Shown: positions 37,817 through 45,495 of the stretch, piece by piece
Layout of the letters: each line of letters begins with the position of its first letter
Numbering within the stretch: position 1 is the stretch's first letter
From: Elusimicrobium minutum
GTDB lineage: Bacteria > Elusimicrobiota > Elusimicrobia > Elusimicrobiales > UBA9959
Length of the DNA stretch: 64,000 nt
NCBI GenBank assembly: GCA_020723765.1
Contig: DYIF01000009.1
Coordinates: 6,583-70,582 of the forward strand
Direction: 5' to 3'
Notes under the pieces: generated by a model
Seen by the model: the letters and a program-made list of their open reading frames with translations, nothing else
The model's database searches: none
Told to the model about the DNA's origin: nothing
Translations under genes and position numbers: made by a program

Positions 37817-39658
37817 ATGAAAAAAGCAAAAATAACCAGAGAAATAATAACTCAGAAAGCGATAGAGCTTTTCGCTCAAAACGGGATAGACAACGTTTCC
37901 ATGAACGAAATAGCCAAAGAACTCGGAGTAACAAAGCCAGTAATATATTACTATTTTAAAAATAAAGACGAAATGATAAAGTACGCTTTTTCGATGAGAG
38001 TAAAAGAAATGGACAGTATTTATAAAGATATTGAAAGCTCGGGAGATATTAAAGAGTTTATCAAAAGTTTAATAGATAAACACATCTCTTTTTTTTCCAA
38101 AAATTCTTCCAATATCAAGTGTTTTTTTAAGATAATAGATTCAGACAAGAGAAAATATATGATTAAAATGGCAAACGACCTGGTCGATAAAAATAGAAAA
38201 TATGTATACGATAAAATAGAAGAAATGAAAAAAATGGACGAGAAGATTTCAAAAACCGATACCATGGTTATTTCGGATTTTATTTTTTCTATGATTAGCT
38301 ATCTTATTATGGAGAAAAAGATGGATAGAAAAATAGACGTTAAAAGGATATATAAAGTGGTGGATATATTTTTGAAAGGTCTTTCGATTTTTTTATTTTT
38401 GTTTGTTTCGCCTTCCTTTGTAAACTCCCTCGAGGTTACGGCGGATAATATAGTCGATATGGCGTTTGAAAAAAACATATCTCTTCAAAACGCTTACACT
38501 CTGGAAAGCGTTTATAAAGAAAAAATAAACGAGTATTACGGTTCTGCCTATCCTCAAATATCGCTATCTGCTTCTTATACCAAGAACATAGAAAAACCAC
38601 TGGCTTTTTTCGGCGGAAGGAAAACGGAAGTGGGAATGGAAAACAGTTATTCTCTCGCTTTAAATTTAAATCAGGTTTTATGGGCCGGAGGCAAGGTCGA
38701 TACCGCGATTAAAATGGCCGAGATTTACGCGGATATTTCGAAAGAAAATACGAGATTATCTCAAAATTTCGTTAAAAGATCGGTGAAGCAGATTTTTTAT
38801 TCGGTTTTATACGCAAAGGAACTTGTTAAAATACAAAACGATATGCTGAATATATCTAAAGAGCATTTAAAAACGACCGAAGAAAAATTCAAACAGGGTC
38901 TGGCCAGCGATTTAAACGTATTGAGGCAGAAGGTCGAGGTTTCCAATAACGAACCCGCCCTTATAAAAGCGGATAATCTTTATAAAACAGGTTTGTTGAA
39001 TTTGAAAAACCTTTTGGGGCTCGAACTTGACGATTCGATAAATGTTTCTGGGAAGTTCGATTATAAATTTTCGGATTACGATTTTAACGAATTGTATAGA
39101 TCCGCTCTCGTAAACAGGCCGGATTATAAACTTGCGATTTTGAACAAAAAGATGAGCGAAAAGCAACTCAAATTGGAAAAAGCCGGGCATTGGCCGACTC
39201 TTTCGCTTTTTGCCTCAAGACAGTTTTCGGGTCAGAGCGAAACCTCACGTTTTCCGAGCGAAAACTCAAGAGGCTGGAGCATGGCCGCTGGAATTAGTTT
39301 TTCGATGCCCGTTTTTAACGGATTTTCTACGGTATCCAAAATAAAACAGGCCGAGTATAATTTAGAGATATCGGAGCGTAATATAGAAGACTTAAGAAGA
39401 AAAATAAAGATAGAGTTAATGCAGGCGCTTTTTAACATAGAAGAGTCGAAAAAAAGAATAGAAAGCCAGAGAGTCGGGGTGGAAAACGCCGCTAAAGTTT
39501 TAAAGTCGACCGAAGAAAGGTTTAATAACGGTCTTAGCAGCCAGCTGGAACTAAACGATGCGACTCTTGTTTATAACACGGCCCGGCTTTCTTACATATC
39601 CGCGGTTTACGATTATATAACCGCCGTCGTAAATCTTGATTATGTCGTCGGAATTTAA
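37817..39658 (+). CDS. In-frame TetR-family HTH domain (about aa 1-170) continuous with a TolC-like outer-membrane efflux protein (about aa 169-613)
   Basis: The N-terminus IITQKAIELFAQNGIDNVSMNEIAKELGVTKPVIYYYF is a TetR_N domain. From the internal ATG at 38321, which is preceded by GGAG, there is a signal-like MDRKIDVKRIYKVVDIFLKGLSIFLFLFVSPSFVNS and then the two OEP repeats. No stop codon separates the two modules. Confidence 0.8.
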   Translation: MKKAKITREIITQKAIELFAQNGIDNVSMNEIAKELGVTKPVIYYYFKNKDEMIKYAFSMRVKEMDSIYKDIESSGDIKEFIKSLIDKHISFFSKNSSNIKCFFKIIDSDKRKYMIKMANDLVDKNRKYVYDKIEEMKKMDEKISKTDTMVISDFIFSMISYLIMEKKMDRKIDVKRIYKVVDIFLKGLSIFLFLFVSPSFVNSLEVTADNIVDMAFEKNISLQNAYTLESVYKEKINEYYGSAYPQISLSASYTKNIEKPLAFFGGRKTEVGMENSYSLALNLNQVLWAGGKVDTAIKMAEIYADISKENTRLSQNFVKRSVKQIFYSVLYAKELVKIQNDMLNISKEHLKTTEEKFKQGLASDLNVLRQKVEVSNNEPALIKADNLYKTGLLNLKNLLGLELDDSINVSGKFDYKFSDYDFNELYRSALVNRPDYKLAILNKKMSEKQLKLEKAGHWPTLSLFASRQFSGQSETSRFPSENSRGWSMAAGISFSMPVFNGFSTVSKIKQAEYNLEISERNIEDLRRKIKIELMQALFNIEESKKRIESQRVGVENAAKVLKSTEERFNNGLSSQLELNDATLVYNTARLSYISAVYDYITAVVNLDYVVGI

Positions 39659-39670
39659 CCGGAGGAGTTT

Positions 39671-40537
39671 ATGAAAAGAATAATGATATCTATTATTTTC
39701 TTGTCTATGTCGGTTTCATGCGTTAAGAAAACTCAAGAGGCAAACGGCAACGTTTTTTACGTTCAAACTCAAAAGGTTATGAGAAAAGACCTAAAAGAAG
39801 AGATTGTGCTCGCGGGCAACATAAAAGGAAAAGATGAGGCCGTCATATATCCGAGGGTCGGGGGAAAACTGATAAAAAATTTGGTTAAAGAAGGGGATTT
39901 CGTAAAAAAAGACGAAACGATATCTTTGATAAAAAAAGACGAGGTGGGAGTGGTTTACGAGCCGGCTCCGGTTCCTTCGACGCTTGACGGATATGTTGGC
40001 AGGGTTTATCAGGATGTGGGGGCGGATGTAAATCAGATGACCCCGATAGCTCTTGTGGTGGATCAAAGCGCCGTAAGAGTTCAGGCGGATGTGCCCGAAA
40101 AATATCTTTCGGATTTAAAAATCGGACAGGATATTTATTTTAAAGTTGACGCTTATAAGGATAAGATATTCAGGTCGAAGATAAATAAAATAAGTCCCGT
40201 GGTAGATAAAATGACAAGAACATTTGCGATAGAATCTATGGTCGATAATAAAGATAATTTGCTTAAATCCGGAATGACAGCCGAGGTTCATATAATACTT
40301 AAAGAGGCTCCAAGGGCGCTCTCGGTTCCAATTTCCGCATTGGTCGAAAAAAACGGAAAATATTACGTTTATATCGCCGACAGAGTCAACAATACGGCTA
40401 TAGAGAAAGAAATTAAAATCGGCCTTAAAAATACCGATTGCGTAGAAGTGAAAAATCTGGCGGAGGGAAGCGAGATAATAACGGTAGGACTTTACGGAAT
40501 AAAAAACGATTCTAAAATAAAAATTCTAAACGATTGA
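39671..40537 (+). CDS. RND efflux periplasmic adaptor (MFP) lipoprotein, short form without alpha-hairpin
   Basis: It has the lipobox SVSC. The two lipoyl-domain halves (PRVGGKLIKNLVKEGDFVKKDETI and TLDGYVGRVYQDVGADVNQ) are separated by only about 15 aa, and beta-barrel and membrane-proximal domains follow. Confidence 0.8.
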   Translation: MKRIMISIIFLSMSVSCVKKTQEANGNVFYVQTQKVMRKDLKEEIVLAGNIKGKDEAVIYPRVGGKLIKNLVKEGDFVKKDETISLIKKDEVGVVYEPAPVPSTLDGYVGRVYQDVGADVNQMTPIALVVDQSAVRVQADVPEKYLSDLKIGQDIYFKVDAYKDKIFRSKINKISPVVDKMTRTFAIESMVDNKDNLLKSGMTAEVHIILKEAPRALSVPISALVEKNGKYYVYIADRVNNTAIEKEIKIGLKNTDCVEVKNLAEGSEIITVGLYGIKNDSKIKILND

Positions 40538-40562
40538 GCCGTTTGATCATTAAGGAGAAATT

Positions 40563-43500
40563 ATGAAACTTTCCGAATTTTCCATAAAAAGACCGGTATT
40601 TACCACAATGATGGGCGTGGCCATAATAACGTTGGGCATATTTTCTTATATAAGAATAGGGGTGGATCTGTTTCCCAATGTGGAGTTTCCTTTTGTTACC
40701 ATAAAAACCACGTTGAGAGGAGCAAGTCCGGAAGAGATGGAGTCTTCCGTTACCAAGCTGATAGAAGAGGCGGTTAATACGGTTAGCGGAATAGAAGACT
40801 TAAACTCTACCAGTTACGAAGGCATGAGCCTTGTAATGATAGAATTCGATCTGGATAAAGACCCGGATGTGGCGGCTCAAGAAGTGAGAGATAAGGTTAA
40901 TACCATATTATCGCAACTGCCTCAGGGGACCGATACTCCGGTGGTAAGCAAGGTCGATTTCGGGGCGATGCCGGTAATAAACGTGGCTATTTCTTCGGAT
41001 AGAGACATAGTAAATCTTACCGAAACGGTCAAAAAAAAGGTTAAGGAATCCATTGAAACGGTAAACGGGGTCGGCTCGGTTGACATTGTAGGCGGAAGGG
41101 AAAGAGAAGTACATATAATTTTAAACCCGTTGAAAATGCAGTCTTACGGAATAAGCGTAAAACAGGTAACCGACGCCATAAAACAACAAAATGTCGAAAT
41201 TCCCGGCGGAAATGTCGAGCAAAAAGATATGGATTTCGTTTTAAGGACGATGGGTAGAATAAAAAAAGTAAGCGAGTTTAACGATATACTGATAACTTCT
41301 TATAACGGAACGCTTATAAAACTGAGCGATATAGCCAGGGTGGAAGATACCGGCGAAGATATTCAAAGCATATCCTATTTAAACGGAAAACCCGCGGTTA
41401 CTCTGGTTATAAAAAAACAGTCGGGAACGAATACCGTTAAGGTTATAGAAAACGTAAAGGAAAAACTAAAAGAAATACAAAAAACTCTTCCTCCCGATAT
41501 GACCCTGGATATAATCGGAGATCAAAGCGTTTTCATAAAAGGTTCGTTAAACGCGGTTAAAGAACATCTGGTATTGGGAGCGATACTTGCGTCTCTTGTC
41601 ATACTTCTTTTTATAGGGGATTTAAGAAGCACTATAATAGCCGCCATAGCCATACCAGTATCGGTAATAGGAAGTTTTTCTCTAATGGAGACGAGCGGTT
41701 TTACTTTGAATAACATAACTCTTTTAGCTCTGGTGGTTGGAGTGGGACTGGTTATAGACGACGCGATAGTCATGATAGAAAATATACACAGACACTTGGA
41801 ACACGAAAACGTATCCTCAAAAGACGCGGCCATAACTGGCTCAAGGGAAATAGGTTTTGCGGTCCTTGCTATATCCATTTCGCTTCTCGCCATATTCGTT
41901 CCGTTAGCTTATATGTACGGAATGGCCGGGAGATTTATGAAAAGTTTCGGTCTCACCCTGGCTTACGCGGTGGGAATATCCACATTTGTGGCTTTGACTA
42001 TTACTCCGAGTTATTCCGGTTTGATATTGAAAAAATTAAAGAAAACAAAGTTTACGGAATTTGCCGATAAGATCAACGATTTTATAGGTAATTGGTATAT
42101 AAAAATTCTGGAATTTGCTCTTTCTCATGTTAAACTTATGGTTATAAGTTCTGTCATTCTTATGATATCGACGGTTTTTCTTTTGAAATTTATAGGAAAA
42201 GATTTTCTGCCGGTAGACGATACATCAATGTTTCAGGTTAACGTTACCGCAAAAGAAGGGACGAATATAGAAATGATGAAAAAAATTTTGTCTCAGATAG
42301 AAAAGGAGGTGAAAGCCGAGATCCCTTACATAACCAAAACTCTGGTTAATATAGGTTCTTCTCAGTCGGGAGTGGCTAACAAGAACGAAGGGTATTTGTT
42401 TTTCGAGATAGTCGGGGTTCATGAAAGAAAAGAAACGCTGACCGATGTTATGGCCAGGGTCAGAAGAATGCTTTCCAAATACGAAGGTTTGAGAACCTCG
42501 GTAATAGTCGGAGGGCAGGGAAGCATATCCGGAATGAAAAATTACGATATGGAGTATGTCATAACCGGTCCGGATCTGAACGAGCTTCAGGTTTATTCCA
42601 AAAGCATTATAGATGAATTAAAAAAGGTGGAAGGAGCCGTGGATATAGATACGAGTTTCTCAAACGCAAAACCGGAGTATAGAGTGATAATAGACAGAGA
42701 TAGAGCTCATAAATTGGGCGTAAAGATAGAAGATATAGCCAACACCATGAGGAGTTTCGTCTCCGGTCAGGAAAGCGTTACGAAATACAAAGAAGGGGAT
42801 GAGCTTTACGAGGTGAAGGTGAGAGCGGATAGAGAGTGGAGAAGTTCTGATAATATAATAAAATCTTTAATAGTTCCTTCCTCCGTCAATAAAGTGGTAA
42901 GGCTGGATAGCGTTGCGGATGTCGAGTCCGGATACGGTCCGACCCAGATAGATAGATTTAACAGGCAGAGGAAAATATCCATTTACGCAAATATACAGGG
43001 CAAAGCTTCTTTAAATCAGTTGCTCGACATAGCGGATAAAACTTTTAAAAAAATAAATACTAATCCCCAATACTCTTCTCAGCCCGTGGGTAAGGCCAAG
43101 GAGTTTGGAAAAATGTTGAAAAGCTTTTTAATGGCTTTCATATTCGCCTTTTTGTTTGTCTATATAGTTCTTGCGGCTCAATTTGAAAGCTTTACTTATC
43201 CTATATCCATAATAATAATTCTGCCTTTAACGATTCCATTTGCGTTGATTTCTTTGTATATTACCGGAGCTAAACTGACAATATTCGCTCTTATGGGAAT
43301 GTTTATGCTTTTCGGAATAGTCAAAAAAAATTCCATACTTCAAGTCGACTATACCAATACCTTAAGAGCTCAGGGTTACGAAAGATATAAAGCCATGATA
43401 GAGGCCAACAGGACCAGGCTCAGGCCAATACTTATGACGACGGTAACGCTTGTTTTTGCGATGATTCCTACGGCTCTTGGAACCGGTCCAGGAGCGAATA

Positions 43501-43640
43501 TGAGAAGGTCTTTGGCCGGAGTCATAATAGGCGGACAGGTTTTGTCTCTGCTTATCACTCTTCTCATGACCCCGGTAACATATCTTTTGATGGATAACCT
43601 TCAGGAGTGGTTTAAAAAGAAGTTTAATCTTGAGAAATAA
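40563..43640 (+). CDS. RND-family efflux permease (AcrB/HAE1-like)
   Basis: 1025 aa with a 12-TM layout and two large periplasmic loops. The N-terminus FSIKRPVFTTMM and the motifs GLVIDDAIVMIENI and FGIVKKNSIL are typical of ACR_tran. Confidence 0.92.
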   Translation: MKLSEFSIKRPVFTTMMGVAIITLGIFSYIRIGVDLFPNVEFPFVTIKTTLRGASPEEMESSVTKLIEEAVNTVSGIEDLNSTSYEGMSLVMIEFDLDKDPDVAAQEVRDKVNTILSQLPQGTDTPVVSKVDFGAMPVINVAISSDRDIVNLTETVKKKVKESIETVNGVGSVDIVGGREREVHIILNPLKMQSYGISVKQVTDAIKQQNVEIPGGNVEQKDMDFVLRTMGRIKKVSEFNDILITSYNGTLIKLSDIARVEDTGEDIQSISYLNGKPAVTLVIKKQSGTNTVKVIENVKEKLKEIQKTLPPDMTLDIIGDQSVFIKGSLNAVKEHLVLGAILASLVILLFIGDLRSTIIAAIAIPVSVIGSFSLMETSGFTLNNITLLALVVGVGLVIDDAIVMIENIHRHLEHENVSSKDAAITGSREIGFAVLAISISLLAIFVPLAYMYGMAGRFMKSFGLTLAYAVGISTFVALTITPSYSGLILKKLKKTKFTEFADKINDFIGNWYIKILEFALSHVKLMVISSVILMISTVFLLKFIGKDFLPVDDTSMFQVNVTAKEGTNIEMMKKILSQIEKEVKAEIPYITKTLVNIGSSQSGVANKNEGYLFFEIVGVHERKETLTDVMARVRRMLSKYEGLRTSVIVGGQGSISGMKNYDMEYVITGPDLNELQVYSKSIIDELKKVEGAVDIDTSFSNAKPEYRVIIDRDRAHKLGVKIEDIANTMRSFVSGQESVTKYKEGDELYEVKVRADREWRSSDNIIKSLIVPSSVNKVVRLDSVADVESGYGPTQIDRFNRQRKISIYANIQGKASLNQLLDIADKTFKKINTNPQYSSQPVGKAKEFGKMLKSFLMAFIFAFLFVYIVLAAQFESFTYPISIIIILPLTIPFALISLYITGAKLTIFALMGMFMLFGIVKKNSILQVDYTNTLRAQGYERYKAMIEANRTRLRPILMTTVTLVFAMIPTALGTGPGANMRRSLAGVIIGGQVLSLLITLLMTPVTYLLMDNLQEWFKKKFNLEK

Positions 43641-43644
43641 CCGA

Positions 43645-43660
43645 TATTGACATGTCAATA
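43645..43660. promoter_or_regulatory. 16-bp perfect palindrome (operator candidate)
   Basis: TATTGACATGTCAATA is a perfect palindrome, and the half-site TATTGACA recurs at 43668-43675, overlapping the -35 box. Confidence 0.4.
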
Positions 43661-43669
43661 GTTTGGGTA

Positions 43670-43697
43670 TTGACAAAATAGCGAAATCTGCTATAAT
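43670..43697 (+). promoter_or_regulatory. Sigma70-type promoter upstream of the riboswitch leader
   Basis: TTGACA (43670-43675), a 16-nt spacer and TATAAT (43692-43697). Confidence 0.65.
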
Positions 43698-43756
43698 ATA
43701 AATGTAACAGCTTTGTAAGGCAAGCGTAATATATTTGTAACGCAAATATAGTACGA

Positions 43757-43830
43757 TAATAGCAAACCCGTCGTAAGACGGGGGCGCAAAGCTAAAGACC
43801 CCGGAGTATACCGGGGGGTCAGGCTGCCGA
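43757..43830 (+). promoter_or_regulatory. c-di-GMP-I (GEMM-I)-like riboswitch aptamer
   Basis: GCAAACC-CGUC-GUAA-GACG-GGGGCGCAAAGCU parallels V. cholerae Vc2 GCAAACC-AUUC-GAAA-GAGU-GGGACGCAAAGCC, including the GNRA-capped hairpin. A second hairpin follows (GACCCCGG-AGUAUA-CCGGGGGGUC). The element sits directly 5' of the ATG at 43835. Confidence 0.65.
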
Positions 43831-43834
43831 AACT

Positions 43835-45427
43835 ATGAAAAGAGAATTTATAAATATAATTAGACCGTTATATATACAGAGCATAATTTCTGTATTTATA
43901 GCGGTTTTTTCGTTTTATACCGATTTGTTTTCTCAAGCCGGAGGTCAGCCCGGAGCGTTTTTGTCGTATGGAGTAGGAGCCAGAGCCTTAGGAATGGGGG
44001 GAGCTTTTTTTGCGATAAGCGACGACGCCACGGCAAGCTACTGGAATCCCGCCGCTTTAACGCTTGTTGAAAGGAAAGAATTTGCTTTTATGCAGGCTCA
44101 GATGTTTGAACAGACCACTTTAAATTTTATAGGCTACGTTCAGCCGACCGCTTCCAAAGGAACATTCGGTATTTTTATGAATCAAATGAATTCCGGCGGA
44201 TTTGAAAAAGTTTCAATAACCGTAGATCCTAATACAGATGAGATAGTCAAATTGGATAGTTTGGGAAGTTTTAGCGTAAGCGAAAGAGCCATAGGACTGA
44301 GCTGGGGAAGGGCAGTATCTTCGAAACTCGCTTTCGGAATAGGCATAAAAAATATTTCGAGAAGCATAGACGTATCCAAAGATTCTTTTAATACGATAGA
44401 TCTCGCCATGAACTATAACGTTTCAAAAACATACAGATTCGCTTTCGGAGTCCAAAACATTTTTTCAATGAAAAGCGGAGATACCGACGACGAGTTCCCT
44501 TTGGTTTTTAAAATAGGTCAGTCCTTTTCCCTTTTTAAAGGCAGTTTAATATTCGATTTGGACGTAAGTAAGACCCAGGGCGGCGGGCAGAATCTCAGAT
44601 TCGGCGGCGAGTACTGGCCGCTTTACTGGGCGGCTTTCAGATTCGGGATAATGGCCACGCCTCAAATTCAAGAGGCGAGTTTCGGGATAGGTCTTAAATA
44701 CAGGGGAATAAATTTAGATATCGCTCAGGGCATTCATTCTTTAGGAAGTACGACCAAATTTTCGGTCGGTATGAGGTTCGGTGATTCCACAAAGGCCAAA
44801 CACGACAGTGAAATAAGAAACATTGTAAGACAGGCTTTGCAATATTTTAAATCGGGATATTTTTCAAAAGCCGTGGAAAAATTAAAAGCGGCCATGGACG
44901 CGGACCCCGGAAATCAGGAAGTTAGGAATATGCTGGATAAACTTCAGGCCGCCATAACCTATGTCCCCAACGCCACCGGAAACGACGAGATACAAACTCT
45001 GGTAAGAAGAGGTATAGTGGCATATGTGGACGGGAAAGATTTAAGAACCGCGGTAAACGTTTTAAGGCACGCTTACAATAAAAATCCGAAAGACGATAAG
45101 TTATTGTCTCTTTTAAATATGATAGAAAGAGAGGCCGGAGTAAGCGAGCTTACCAGAAGACCGGAAGGACCTGAGATGTTTACTTTGATAGATCAAAAGA
45201 TTTACGACGCAAGACAGGCCATATACGAAGGCAAATACGACGTGGCGCTTAGAAGAGCTCAGGATATATTGGATCTTGAACCAAATAACGAGACCGCTCT
45301 CGAAATAATGGGTAGCGCATTCTTCTTAATGGATCAAAAATCGAAAGCGAAAGCCATTTGGGAAAAAGTCGTCGAAATAAATCCCAATAATACCACGGTT
45401 AAACAATTCTTAGACCAGATAAGATAA
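43835..45427 (+). CDS. PorV/PorQ/UPF0164-like outer-membrane beta-barrel fused to a C-terminal TPR region
   Basis: It has a signal-like N-terminus. YGVGARALGMGGAFFAISDDATASYWNPAAL is the hallmark N-terminal motif of the PorV/UPF0164 (FadL-like) family. Alternating beta-strand sequence runs to about aa 320, followed by TPR-like repeats. Confidence 0.65.
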   Translation: MKREFINIIRPLYIQSIISVFIAVFSFYTDLFSQAGGQPGAFLSYGVGARALGMGGAFFAISDDATASYWNPAALTLVERKEFAFMQAQMFEQTTLNFIGYVQPTASKGTFGIFMNQMNSGGFEKVSITVDPNTDEIVKLDSLGSFSVSERAIGLSWGRAVSSKLAFGIGIKNISRSIDVSKDSFNTIDLAMNYNVSKTYRFAFGVQNIFSMKSGDTDDEFPLVFKIGQSFSLFKGSLIFDLDVSKTQGGGQNLRFGGEYWPLYWAAFRFGIMATPQIQEASFGIGLKYRGINLDIAQGIHSLGSTTKFSVGMRFGDSTKAKHDSEIRNIVRQALQYFKSGYFSKAVEKLKAAMDADPGNQEVRNMLDKLQAAITYVPNATGNDEIQTLVRRGIVAYVDGKDLRTAVNVLRHAYNKNPKDDKLLSLLNMIEREAGVSELTRRPEGPEMFTLIDQKIYDARQAIYEGKYDVALRRAQDILDLEPNNETALEIMGSAFFLMDQKSKAKAIWEKVVEINPNNTTVKQFLDQIR

Positions 45428-45495
45428 TATTAAATTGATACGATTTTAAATATTTATGAAATCTTTTTGTAATTATTATAAGGTAAAATTATATT

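Noticed and set aside
41522-41893. 123-aa antisense ORF inside the RND permease gene
   Set aside because: It lies wholly within a confidently assigned 1025-aa AcrB-like gene and has no recognisable motif.
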